DNA from: an uncultured virus (IMG/VR IMGVR_UViG_3300008116_000198)
Taxonomy: Duplodnaviria; Heunggongvirae; Uroviricota; Caudoviricetes
DNA: 64,000 nt
Virus record (IMG/VR): IMGVR_UViG_3300008116_000198
Strand: one strand, 5' to 3'
Part shown: positions 1 to 9,314 of the stretch, one piece after another
Layout: every line of letters begins with the position of its first letter
Position numbering within the stretch: position 1 is the first letter of the stretch
Position numbers and translations under genes: made by a program
The notes under the pieces: generated by a model
The model's database searches: none
What the model saw: only the letters and a program-made list of their open reading frames with translations
What the model was told of the DNA's origin: nothing

Positions 1-3
1 TAT

Positions 4-1263
4 ATGAAAAAAAATAATGATCTAATATTCGTGCAGATAGCATCATATCGTGATCCAGAATTGGTTCCTACCATCAAGGACATGATTGCCAAAGCGAAAC
101 ATCCAGAAAAATTAACATTTGGTATTTGTTGGCAAAAAGATGAAACGGAAAATCTTGATGAATTCATCGACAATCCAAATTTCAGAATTGAAACATATCA
201 TTATTCAGAAAGCCAAGGACTGGGTTGGGCTAGAAACATAACAAACAAGTTGTATCGTGGGGAAAAATACACCTTGCAGATTGATAGTCACCATCGTTTT
301 GTTCAAGATTGGGATGCAATGATTCTTGAAGATTATGATCAGGCTTTGTCGGTTGCAAAAAAACCAATCATAAGCACATATTGTACACCATTTGACACTG
401 CGTTGCCGATTGAAAAAGCAAGCCCAGTACCATGCTTGATGTCACAATATGAATTTAGCAATGACAAACTTTTGATGAGCATGCCTCATTACATTGGAGA
501 TTATGAGAAGCGAACCAAAATTATTCGCGCTCGCACGTTGAGTGGACATTTCTTTTTTGTTGCTGGAAAATTTATTGAAGAAGTACCATATGATCCAGAC
601 ATTTATTTTGGTGGATACACTGAAGAAACAACTATGAGTGTTCGTGCATATACACATGGATATGATTTCTTCAGCCCATACAGAATGATTATGTGGCATG
701 AATATACTCGCAAATATCGTCCAAAGCATTGGGATGATCACGGCAAGGAAAGTGCCACAAAGAAGACAAGTGGTGAGAGAGATATTTATGCAAGAAAGAA
801 AACTCGCCAATTGTTCGGACAAGAAGAACATGGAATTGATATGGGAATTTATGGATTAGGAAAGGTTCGCTCTTTGCATGATTATGAAGTATACGGAGGT
901 TTTAATTTCAAAGCATGTAAAATACAAGATTATACTCTATTGGTAAAAGAACCACCGAATCCACCTGATTGGGAGGCGCAATTCAAAAAAGAAAGACTCA
1001 AAATGAATGTTGCATGGGATGTAGGACATTTCATGGAAGAAGACACTGGAGATTTTGAATTCATCACATTTGGCGTCGTTGACAAATATGACACAAATTT
1101 GTTCAGAGTTGATTTCAAACCATCAACTCATCCTGAAATATTCACATACAAGAAAAGTTCAATTGATGTAGAGATAATTTCAGATAACAAGCCAGACAGA
1201 GTAATAATGTATTCTTTTAGCAAATCAAAACAGTGGGGTAAGCGTTACGAGAAAAAACTATGA
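4..1263 (+). CDS. GT60-like glycosyltransferase (Skp1 GlcNAc-transferase / GlcNAc family)
   Basis: N-terminal IFVQIASYRDPEL, LQIDSHHRF (DxH motif) and FGGYTEE are characteristic of this family. Confidence 0.8.
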   Translation: MKKNNDLIFVQIASYRDPELVPTIKDMIAKAKHPEKLTFGICWQKDETENLDEFIDNPNFRIETYHYSESQGLGWARNITNKLYRGEKYTLQIDSHHRFVQDWDAMILEDYDQALSVAKKPIISTYCTPFDTALPIEKASPVPCLMSQYEFSNDKLLMSMPHYIGDYEKRTKIIRARTLSGHFFFVAGKFIEEVPYDPDIYFGGYTEETTMSVRAYTHGYDFFSPYRMIMWHEYTRKYRPKHWDDHGKESATKKTSGERDIYARKKTRQLFGQEEHGIDMGIYGLGKVRSLHDYEVYGGFNFKACKIQDYTLLVKEPPNPPDWEAQFKKERLKMNVAWDVGHFMEEDTGDFEFITFGVVDKYDTNLFRVDFKPSTHPEIFTYKKSSIDVEIISDNKPDRVIMYSFSKSKQWGKRYEKKL

Positions 1264-2204
1264 GAATATTGTTCACTGTTTTAGGAAACAGTCGTCGTAG
1301 TAATTATCTTGACGGAGAAACATTAAGATATGGAAACGGCGGTGGATCTGGGACTGATACCAGTTCAATAATAGTTGCTGAACAACTCGCCGCACAAGGC
1401 CACGATGTGGTGTTTTGTTCAGACAAACTAGAACCACTGTTGGAAGAGTCTTATGCCAAAAAAGGAATTGTATTTAATGCAGGAAAGAAAGTTCGTGGTG
1501 TAATATACACGAACTTTCAGTTGGATAATGTTGAAAACAAAACATTTGATGTGTTGGTAAACAGTCTATGGTTCAGTAAGTACAAAGAGTTACCAGTCAA
1601 AATCACAAAGGCTGTAATCTATTGGTGTCATATGCAATGGATTTATGGAATTGGCGAGATGATTGAGTATGTCAAGGAAAACAACCTAACCCTCGGATTT
1701 GTTCATATTTCAGAATGGGAAAAGAGCATGACAAATCCAGTTGTACAGGATGCTTGTAACAAATTGCCAAATACAAAGGTTGTTACGATACCAAATCCTA
1801 TAATGGATGACATGATTGAAGAAGTGTTGAGTGAGAAGATAGAAAAGAAAAGCGGGTCATTTATTTTTCATCCACTTTGGGCAAGAGGAGGAAATGTGGC
1901 AGTACAAGCGGTACGTGAACTTGATTTTCCAGAAAAAGAATTCAACGCATTTGATTATCTCATGTGCATTCATGGTCACACTGATCCATTCTTTAGAAAG
2001 ATGCAAAAGGAACAATTGTCAAAGGACGAAGAAGGCAAGTTCAATTACACAAAGAACATAGTTGAAAAGGTCAAATATTTGGAAGCCAATACTGAATTTA
2101 AAAACAAAGTAAGAACCCAAGGCAAAGATTTCATATTTGAGAAATTTAATTCCAACAAAGTAGGACTGATGTGGCGCGATTTTATTTCACAGTTAACATC
2201 ATAA
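1260..2204 (+). CDS. GT4-like glycosyltransferase with a 78-aa internal deletion relative to its downstream paralogue
   Basis: Collinear with 2209..3387 (GGxSGTDTS, YWCHMQW, AFDY, DEEGKF) but lacks the segment containing DTFACTVAEA. Confidence 0.65.
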   Translation: MRILFTVLGNSRRSNYLDGETLRYGNGGGSGTDTSSIIVAEQLAAQGHDVVFCSDKLEPLLEESYAKKGIVFNAGKKVRGVIYTNFQLDNVENKTFDVLVNSLWFSKYKELPVKITKAVIYWCHMQWIYGIGEMIEYVKENNLTLGFVHISEWEKSMTNPVVQDACNKLPNTKVVTIPNPIMDDMIEEVLSEKIEKKSGSFIFHPLWARGGNVAVQAVRELDFPEKEFNAFDYLMCIHGHTDPFFRKMQKEQLSKDEEGKFNYTKNIVEKVKYLEANTEFKNKVRTQGKDFIFEKFNSNKVGLMWRDFISQLTS

Positions 2205-2208
2205 TATC

Positions 2209-3387
2209 ATGAGAATAGCAATCATAGTAATAGGAAACAGCAGACGAAACAATTATCTGAACGGTCATAATCTCAGATATGATGGTGGAGGGGCATCTGG
2301 CACAGACACTAGTTCAATGCTTGTTGCTGAATATTTGGCAAGCAAAGGACATGAGGTTGTAATGACTGTGGATGAATTGGAGCCATTACTTGAAGAGAAA
2401 CTACAAAAGCAGGGAAAGAAGTTTGTGCCCGGAGCAAAAAGTTATGGTGTTTCATACACAAATAAAAACTTCGACGGTATTGAGAATAAAACTTTTGATG
2501 TATTGATAAACATGCTTTGGTTTCAAGACTATGACAAGCTTCCTATTACAGTAACCAAGAGTTTGATTTATTGGTGTCATATGCAATGGGTATATGGGAT
2601 AGATGCACATATGGCATATGCAAGAAAACACAATCTTACTCTCGGAATGGTTAATGTTTCGACTTGGCAAGCTAGTGTGTCACAGAATGTTATAAATCAT
2701 GTCAAAGCCAATTACGAAAAAACAAAGCAATTCCTAATTTCAAATCCAATTTTTGATGAAATGATCAGAGAGGTTGAGCAGGAACCAATTCAAAAGAAGA
2801 AAGGTAAGTTTATATTTCACGCCACATGGCCAACGGGTGGAGATGTTGCAATGCAGGCAGTCAGAGAGTTGGATATGCCAGAAAAACAGTTTCATGCATT
2901 TGATTATTTCATAACTGTGCATGGTCATACTGAGTCATATTTCCACAACCATCAAGCGGTGGATAGAAAAACACTTTACAAACACTTGGCTGAAAGTGAA
3001 TATTTCATATATCCATTGTATACCATACACAAGGTTTTGAGAAAAGATACATTTGCATGCACTGTTGCAGAGGCTCTTGCTTTTAACACAATTGTATTAA
3101 CATATCCACTTGGTGCATTGCCAACTGTGTTTGGTGACAAGTGTGTTTGGTTGGATGCCCCTCCGGGCACTAACCTCGATGAGCTTCAACGTGCTGATTT
3201 GGCAAGAGACGAAGAAGGAAAGTTCAAATATACAAAAAATATCGTGGATAAGATAAACTATCTTGAAGCTAACCCAGAGATAAAGGAAAAATATAGAACT
3301 GGTGGAAGACAATATGTGCTTGAAAATTTTAATATTAACAAGATTGGAAAAATGTGGGAGGATTGCTTGGAGGAATTGACAAAATGA
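2209..3387 (+). CDS. GT-B fold (GT4-like) glycosyltransferase
   Basis: GGxSGTD N-terminal loop, DTFACTVAEALA (D/E-x7-E-like donor-binding motif) and GALP. Confidence 0.75.
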   Translation: MRIAIIVIGNSRRNNYLNGHNLRYDGGGASGTDTSSMLVAEYLASKGHEVVMTVDELEPLLEEKLQKQGKKFVPGAKSYGVSYTNKNFDGIENKTFDVLINMLWFQDYDKLPITVTKSLIYWCHMQWVYGIDAHMAYARKHNLTLGMVNVSTWQASVSQNVINHVKANYEKTKQFLISNPIFDEMIREVEQEPIQKKKGKFIFHATWPTGGDVAMQAVRELDMPEKQFHAFDYFITVHGHTESYFHNHQAVDRKTLYKHLAESEYFIYPLYTIHKVLRKDTFACTVAEALAFNTIVLTYPLGALPTVFGDKCVWLDAPPGTNLDELQRADLARDEEGKFKYTKNIVDKINYLEANPEIKEKYRTGGRQYVLENFNINKIGKMWEDCLEELTK

Positions 3388-4082
3388 AAATAGAAAATTT
3401 CTTTGAAAAAGGATACTATATAAATCTGGACAGAAGAACAGACAGAAACGAGCTTTTTCGTAAAGAAATGGATAGAGTTGGGTTGCTATCTTTTTTTGAA
3501 AGAGTTTCCGCTGAAGATGGTATAAATGAACCAGATCCAATGAAGAGGCATGCGTACTGTGCATATACTTATCACAAATTATTCAAGAAAATATACGATC
3601 TCGGATATGAAAGAGTGCTGATTTTTGAAGATGATGCATTTTTCTATGACAGACCAGAAATATCAGGAAGAGATTTGGCGGAAAAAGCATTGGACGATCT
3701 AAAATATTTTCCAAATTGGGACATGGTTTTGTTTGGAGGAAGACCCGTGGATACAGTTGGACCTCTGCAAATAATGACAGACAATCTTTTCAGATCACAA
3801 ATGGTTCTAGGAACTCACGCCGTTGGATACAGAAGAAAAGTTATCAAGAAGGTACTTGATGAATATGTTCCATTTCAAGATGGTACGATTGATGGTTGGT
3901 ATGGTAATGTTCCTGTCATAGAAAAATATCTGGTAAACCCCCTCGCATGTGGAGCTATGCCCGTTAAAAGTGATTTGGACGGCAATGGCTATATATCAAA
4001 CGTTAAAGATGATATCATTTGCTATGATAGAGTGCCAAAAATAGACAAACGCCATGAAACACAAAGTAATAAGCCTGTATAA
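3384..4082 (+). CDS. GT25 family glycosyltransferase
   Basis: YYINLDRRTDR, VLIFEDDA and THAVGY motifs; ATG at 3384 overlaps the upstream stop (ATGA). Confidence 0.8.
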   Translation: MKIENFFEKGYYINLDRRTDRNELFRKEMDRVGLLSFFERVSAEDGINEPDPMKRHAYCAYTYHKLFKKIYDLGYERVLIFEDDAFFYDRPEISGRDLAEKALDDLKYFPNWDMVLFGGRPVDTVGPLQIMTDNLFRSQMVLGTHAVGYRRKVIKKVLDEYVPFQDGTIDGWYGNVPVIEKYLVNPLACGAMPVKSDLDGNGYISNVKDDIICYDRVPKIDKRHETQSNKPV

Positions 4083-4743
4083 ATCGGATATTGACTATAC
4101 GATAGTTGAATTGCAAAAGAAAGTTTTTGATTATTTTTCAATTCCTCTTGAGCAAATTTCATTCGATGGCATGCATTCTACTGCCATTGAAAAATATGTG
4201 AAAAATAACAATGATTGGGACAGTATAACCATATTTGATGTTGATTGCATTCCCATCACACATGATTGTGTATCAAGAGCAATCAAGGAAATATCAGACA
4301 ATAATACCATCTATGGGAATGGACAGGCTTCCAACTCAATATTTCCAACAACACCAAGAACTCCTCCTTTTATAGCACCAAGTTTTCTAAGCTTCAGCAG
4401 AGATTTATGGGAAAGATCTCCATTCAAGAATTTTGATTTTCAAAGATATCCAAATCCAGAAGGAATTTCTATGGAAGCTGATGTGGCGGAGGTATTCACC
4501 AGAGAAAATGAAAAAGCTGGAAGAAGAATAGCTATGAATTATCCAACCAGATGTTTAACTGGTATAGCATGGAATTATTTCGGCGGATATGGCTATAAGG
4601 AATTTGGTTTTGGAATTGCAACGGAGTTTGAAAGCGGAACATATCATAATTTTCAAATCAGATTGCCAGAGAAACAAAAATACTTCTTTGATTATTGCGA
4701 CAAATTGATGCGCGGAGAAAAAATTGAAAGTTTTGTATCATGA
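4054..4743 (+). CDS. putative glycosyltransferase (GT-A-like, DxD)
   Basis: IFDVDCIP DxD motif; lies inside the glycosyltransferase cluster. Confidence 0.5.
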   Translation: MKHKVISLYKSDIDYTIVELQKKVFDYFSIPLEQISFDGMHSTAIEKYVKNNNDWDSITIFDVDCIPITHDCVSRAIKEISDNNTIYGNGQASNSIFPTTPRTPPFIAPSFLSFSRDLWERSPFKNFDFQRYPNPEGISMEADVAEVFTRENEKAGRRIAMNYPTRCLTGIAWNYFGGYGYKEFGFGIATEFESGTYHNFQIRLPEKQKYFFDYCDKLMRGEKIESFVS

Positions 4744-5564
4744 AGGAAATGACCAGCAATTATATCACTTGCAGACTGCAAGGCAGAACAGGAAACATAA
4801 TGTTTCAGATAGCAAACGGCTACTCTCAGTCGTTAAAACATAATAGACAGTTTGTTGTTCCGTCAAAAGAATCAACAACCAGTCATTTGGAAAAAGGATT
4901 GTTCAGAAAATTTGACTTTAGAATAAACACTATCCCGTCAAACAATATTGCACATCATATTTGGGCACCTTTTACATACAAAGAATTTGCTCCAGCAGAA
5001 GACAGACCCACGGCTTTCTGTGGATGGTATCAATCTGAAAAATACTTTGGAAACTATAAAGAAGTAATAAGAGATGCATTTAGTCCAACTACGGAATTTG
5101 TAATAAAAGCAACAAAAGAATTTCCGTTTTTAAATTCAGCCAGAGTTGCCGCCATAAATGTAAGAAGAGGAGATTATCTCACCCAACCAAGACATCATCC
5201 AGTTGTGACATTGGATTATATAGAAGAAGCAAGAAAACTTCTGCCACAACATGATTATCTAATGGTTCTTAGTGATGATTTTGAATGGTGTAAGAACAAC
5301 ATCAAAGGAAATAACATCATATTTCCAAGCAACTATGTTGATCAGGATGCTATGTGGCTATTATCAATGTGTGATGATTTTATTATTTCAAACTCTACAT
5401 TCAGTTGGTGGGGTGCATTCTTATCAAGAACAAAAAACAAGGTGGTTATATCTCCATCCACGTGGTTTGGACCAGACATACATGAAGATCCTTCTGATGT
5501 TTGGTGTGAAGGTTGGATAAAAGTTCCAACAAAATGGAAAGACGGTTTTATTGTAATGGAATAA
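4740..5564 (+). CDS. GT11 alpha-1,2-fucosyltransferase-like protein
   Basis: GRTGNIMFQ, GWYQSEKYF, NVRRGDY and ISNSTFSWWGAFL motifs. Confidence 0.88.
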   Translation: MKEMTSNYITCRLQGRTGNIMFQIANGYSQSLKHNRQFVVPSKESTTSHLEKGLFRKFDFRINTIPSNNIAHHIWAPFTYKEFAPAEDRPTAFCGWYQSEKYFGNYKEVIRDAFSPTTEFVIKATKEFPFLNSARVAAINVRRGDYLTQPRHHPVVTLDYIEEARKLLPQHDYLMVLSDDFEWCKNNIKGNNIIFPSNYVDQDAMWLLSMCDDFIISNSTFSWWGAFLSRTKNKVVISPSTWFGPDIHEDPSDVWCEGWIKVPTKWKDGFIVME

Positions 5565-5565
5565 T

Positions 5566-6675
5566 ATGTACGACTATCTAATAGTAGGAGCAGGATTTTT
5601 TGGAAGCATATGCGCTTATGAACTAAACAAGATTGGAAAGAAAGTCTTGGTGATTGATGTGCGCAATCATATTGGTGGAAATTGCTATAGCGAAAATAGG
5701 GATAATATCAACCTACATGTTTATGGTCCACATATATTTCATACTTCAGACGAAGAGGTTTGGAAGTGGATCAATCAGTTTACATCGTTTAATAACTTCA
5801 TATACACCCCCGTGGCTAATTATGATGGAGAGTTGTATTCTTTACCATTTAACATGTGGACGTTTTATCAGCTATGGGGAGTGCAAAGTGAAGAAGAAGT
5901 AAAAGCAATAATAGCCAAACAATCGGCCCATATTGGTGAGCCAAAAAATCTTGAAGAACAAGCAATCAAGTTGGTTGGTAGAGATGTGTATGAAACATTG
6001 ATCAAAGGGTACACGGAAAAACAGTGGCGCAAAAAGGCGACAGAGTTGCCAAAAGAGATTATCAAGAGACTGCCAGTAAGATACACTTTTAACAACAACT
6101 ATTTCAATGATAAGTATCAAGGTATTCCAATTGGTGGATACACTCAGATATTTGAAAAGCTTTTAAAAGGAATAGATGTCAAAACCGGTGTTGATTATTT
6201 CAAGGACGAATTGCCGCCTCATGACAGAGTGATATACACAGGTCCGATTGATAAATTCTATGGATACAAATATGGACATCTCGAATACAAGACTGTTTCG
6301 TTAGATCATATGAGAATGGAAACTCCAAATTATCAGGGAGTCGCCGCTATAAATTACACAAGTGAAAAAGTTCCATTCACTCGCACCATAGAACATAAAC
6401 ATTTCGAAAATTCACAGAGTGATGTGACTTGGGTAAGTTGGGAAACGCCAATCCAATATGTTCCAGAAAAAACAGAGCCATATTATCCTGTAAATGATGC
6501 TGCCAATATGGAAATATTGAAAAAGTACAAGGAAGAATCATCAAAGCAAGACAAAGTGATATTCGGTGGTAGACTTGGTGAATACAAATATTATGACATG
6601 CACCAAGTTATACGCAGTGCGTTGGATTGTGCAAATCATCTCAAATATTTGGAAGTTTGGCATCCAAAAGTGTGA
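5566..6675 (+). CDS. glf: UDP-galactopyranose mutase
   Basis: GAGFFG FAD-binding motif, HIGGNCY, YGPHIFHT, YFNDKYQGIP, EPYYP and GRLGEYKYYDM. Confidence 0.95.
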   Translation: MYDYLIVGAGFFGSICAYELNKIGKKVLVIDVRNHIGGNCYSENRDNINLHVYGPHIFHTSDEEVWKWINQFTSFNNFIYTPVANYDGELYSLPFNMWTFYQLWGVQSEEEVKAIIAKQSAHIGEPKNLEEQAIKLVGRDVYETLIKGYTEKQWRKKATELPKEIIKRLPVRYTFNNNYFNDKYQGIPIGGYTQIFEKLLKGIDVKTGVDYFKDELPPHDRVIYTGPIDKFYGYKYGHLEYKTVSLDHMRMETPNYQGVAAINYTSEKVPFTRTIEHKHFENSQSDVTWVSWETPIQYVPEKTEPYYPVNDAANMEILKKYKEESSKQDKVIFGGRLGEYKYYDMHQVIRSALDCANHLKYLEVWHPKV

Positions 6676-6776
6676 CATATGGCACATATACTGTGTCACA
6701 ATATCACAAATTGATTTTTGATTCTTAACACTGTCAGAGGTAAACTCTGGAAAATCTGATTGGCACAATTATTGAT
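6671..6776 (+). promoter_or_regulatory. putative sigma54-type promoter with an upstream palindromic activator site
   Basis: TGGCAC-N5-TTGA at 6761-6775 (consensus TGGCAC-N5-TTGC); TGTGACA...TGTCACA inverted repeat at 6671-6700. Confidence 0.5.
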
Positions 6777-6831
6777 ATAGTGTATCTGTCGGTGTCCATA
6801 ATGGAGCCGATATAAACAAAGGATACAAAAC

Positions 6832-7278
6832 ATGAGTACACTAAGTAGATATACACGGGATGAGTTTCTCACCCCATTTGATCGTCTATTTGACGATGTC
6901 TTCAATAACTTCGGCGTAACACCTTACGCTGGGTCTTATACCAAGAACAGCTATCCAAAAGTAGATGTTGTTGAGTATGATGACAGGTATGTGCTTGAAG
7001 CGGATGTTGCTGGATTGAACAAGGAAGAAGTTTCCGTGGATCTTGAAGGCGATACACTAGTAATCAAAGGAGGCAAAAGAACAAACCATGAAAATACAAA
7101 TAAAGGAAAATATCTGTATAAAGAAATTAAGCGTTCTAGTTTCACACGCTCGTTTAGTGTGGGAGAAGGTATTGACAAAAATAAAATCAAAGCCGACTTC
7201 GCAAACGGAACAATAAAAGTTGATCTTCCTAAACTGAAGATTGAAGAACAAAAGCCAAAAACATTGAGGCTCCTATAA
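6832..7278 (+). CDS. small heat-shock protein (Hsp20/alpha-crystallin)
   Basis: YPKVDVVE, DVAGLNKEEV, SFTRSF and ADFANGTIKVDLPK; SD-like AAGGA upstream. Confidence 0.93.
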   Translation: MSTLSRYTRDEFLTPFDRLFDDVFNNFGVTPYAGSYTKNSYPKVDVVEYDDRYVLEADVAGLNKEEVSVDLEGDTLVIKGGKRTNHENTNKGKYLYKEIKRSSFTRSFSVGEGIDKNKIKADFANGTIKVDLPKLKIEEQKPKTLRLL

Positions 7279-7283
7279 AATAG

Positions 7284-7326
7284 TTGACAATGTTTGGGGC
7301 TAGGTTTATTCTTAGCCCCAAACATA
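7284..7326 (+). promoter_or_regulatory. sigma70-like promoter overlapped by a 14-bp perfect inverted repeat
   Basis: TTGACA(7284)-N17-TATTCT(7307); AATGTTTGGGGCTA (7289-7302) pairs with TAGCCCCAAACATT (7313-7326). Confidence 0.5.
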
Positions 7327-7336
7327 TTATAAATTT

Positions 7337-9196
7337 ATGACTAAATCAAATGACATTGTTATTGGTATTGACCTTGGCACGACGAATTCGTGCGTGGCTG
7401 TATGGCAAGCGGGTGAAGCTACAGTAATTACCAACTCGGAAGGTGCTCGTACTACCCCTTCGGTTGTTGCTTTTACAAAAAGCGGGGAAAGACTTGTTGG
7501 TCAAGCTGCTAAGAGACAGGCGGTGACCAATCCAAAGAATACAATTTTTTCGGCCAAGAGACTTATTGGTCGCAAGTTCAACGAAGTGCAGGAAGAAATC
7601 AAGAATCTTCCATACAAGGTCGTTGAAGGTCCAAATGGAGATGCTTGGATCGAAGTAACAGAGAACGGAGAAGCTAAGAAATATTCTCCTCAACAGATTG
7701 GCGCATTTGTTCTTGGAAAGATCAAAACCGATGCCGAATCATATTTGGGACAATCTGTGAAGAAGGCGGTTATCACAGTACCTGCGTATTTTAATGATTC
7801 TCAACGTCAAGCTACCAAGGATGCTGGCACTATTGCCGGTTTGGAAGTTCTGCGTATTATCAACGAACCTACCGCAGCATCCTTAGCCTATGGTCTAGAC
7901 AAGAAGAAAGACGAGAAAATTGCCGTCTTTGACCTTGGCGGTGGTACGTTTGACGTTACCGTTCTCGAAATTGGGGACGGTGTATTTGAAGTTAAAGCCA
8001 CCAATGGTGATACGCATCTTGGTGGTGATGATTGGGACAGAGCAATCATGGACCACATGGTTGCGGAATTCAAAAAAGAAAATGGTATTGACTTGTCCAA
8101 AGATAATATGGCTTTACAGCGTCTACGCGAAGAAGCCGAAAAAACCAAGATTGCTTTGTCTTCTGCAACATCATATGATGTAAATCTCCCGTTTATCACG
8201 GCGGATGCATCTGGCCCAAAGCATTTGAATATGACAATTTCTCGTTCAAAAATGGAACAAATCTGCGAGAAGTTGTTTGAAAGAATGGATGCTCCATATA
8301 AGAACTGTTTGAAGGATGCTGGTGTATCAAATAGTGAACTCAATGAGCTTGTGCTTGTTGGTGGCATGACAAGAATGCCAAAGGTTGTTGATTATGCCAA
8401 GAAGTTCGGTGGTAAAGTTCCAAATCAAGGTGTAAATCCAGATGAAGTTGTGGCAGTCGGTGCCGCTGTACAAGGTGGTGTATTGAAGGGTGAGGTCAAC
8501 GACGTATTGTTGCTTGACGTTACTCCGCTGACCCTTGCGATTGAAACCGCAGGAAATGTTGCGACGGCAATGATTCCTCGTAACACAACAATTCCTGCTA
8601 AGAAGTCACAAGTGTTCTCCACATACAGCGACAATCAGCCTTCCGTTGATATTGTTGTATTACAGGGTGAGCGCCCAATGAGCAAAGACAATAAGCGTCT
8701 TGGAAACTTCAAACTGGACGGCATTCCGCCAGCACCAAGAGGCACTCCTCAAATTGAAGTGACGTTTGACATTGACGTAAACGGCATTCTTCATGTCTCT
8801 GCAAAAGATCTTGGAACGGGCAAAGCTCAAGATATCACCATTCAAGGTTCATCTGGTCTTTCAAAGGAAGAAGTTGAAAGAATGAAGCAAGAAGCTGAAG
8901 CAAATGCTGATAAAGACAAAGAACTCAAGGAAAATCTTGAGACCAAGAATTCTCTTGACAATATTATCTATGGTTGGGAAAAACAACTAAAGGATGGTAA
9001 CTTTGAAGATTCTGTCAAAACCGAAATTCAAAAAGGTATTGACAAAGGCAAAGAAGTGTTACAGAGTGGTGATGTTGGAAAAATGAAAGATACTATCTCT
9101 GAACTTAGCAAACTCGGAGAACTTGTTTATAAGAACAAGTCTAATGGTGGGAAAGGAACTCCAGAAGATCCAATCGAACCAGAAGTAGTAAGCTAA
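7337..9196 (+). CDS. dnaK: chaperone DnaK (Hsp70)
   Basis: [42 protein letters not shown] and GIPPAPRG. Confidence 0.98.
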   Translation: MTKSNDIVIGIDLGTTNSCVAVWQAGEATVITNSEGARTTPSVVAFTKSGERLVGQAAKRQAVTNPKNTIFSAKRLIGRKFNEVQEEIKNLPYKVVEGPNGDAWIEVTENGEAKKYSPQQIGAFVLGKIKTDAESYLGQSVKKAVITVPAYFNDSQRQATKDAGTIAGLEVLRIINEPTAASLAYGLDKKKDEKIAVFDLGGGTFDVTVLEIGDGVFEVKATNGDTHLGGDDWDRAIMDHMVAEFKKENGIDLSKDNMALQRLREEAEKTKIALSSATSYDVNLPFITADASGPKHLNMTISRSKMEQICEKLFERMDAPYKNCLKDAGVSNSELNELVLVGGMTRMPKVVDYAKKFGGKVPNQGVNPDEVVAVGAAVQGGVLKGEVNDVLLLDVTPLTLAIETAGNVATAMIPRNTTIPAKKSQVFSTYSDNQPSVDIVVLQGERPMSKDNKRLGNFKLDGIPPAPRGTPQIEVTFDIDVNGILHVSAKDLGTGKAQDITIQGSSGLSKEEVERMKQEAEANADKDKELKENLETKNSLDNIIYGWEKQLKDGNFEDSVKTEIQKGIDKGKEVLQSGDVGKMKDTISELSKLGELVYKNKSNGGKGTPEDPIEPEVVS

Positions 9197-9260
9197 AAAG
9201 GTTATGGTTGTCAGTTGTCCCATAAACTGACTGGTGGAGGATGGTGAATTCATCATCCCT

Positions 9261-9292
9261 AACAACCCCCAAGAAATTGGGGGTTGTTTTTT
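9261..9292 (+). terminator. intrinsic terminator downstream of dnaK
   Basis: AACAACCCCCAA-GAAA-TTGGGGGTTGTT followed by a T run. Confidence 0.85.
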
Positions 9293-9302
9293 GTATATAC
9301 GA

Positions 9303-9310
9303 TATTTATA
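9303..9310 (+). promoter_or_regulatory. TATTTATA putative late promoter
   Basis: Recurrent motif; ends 4 nt before ATG 9315. Confidence 0.6.
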
Positions 9311-9314
9311 ATAC

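Noticed and set aside
7289..7326. CIRCE/HrcA operator before dnaK
   Set aside because: The arms do not match TTAGCACTC-N9-GAGTGCTAA
9201..9263. tRNA or hammerhead ribozyme
   Set aside because: No cloverleaf or TTC loop, and no CTGANGA/GAAA core in the right arrangement
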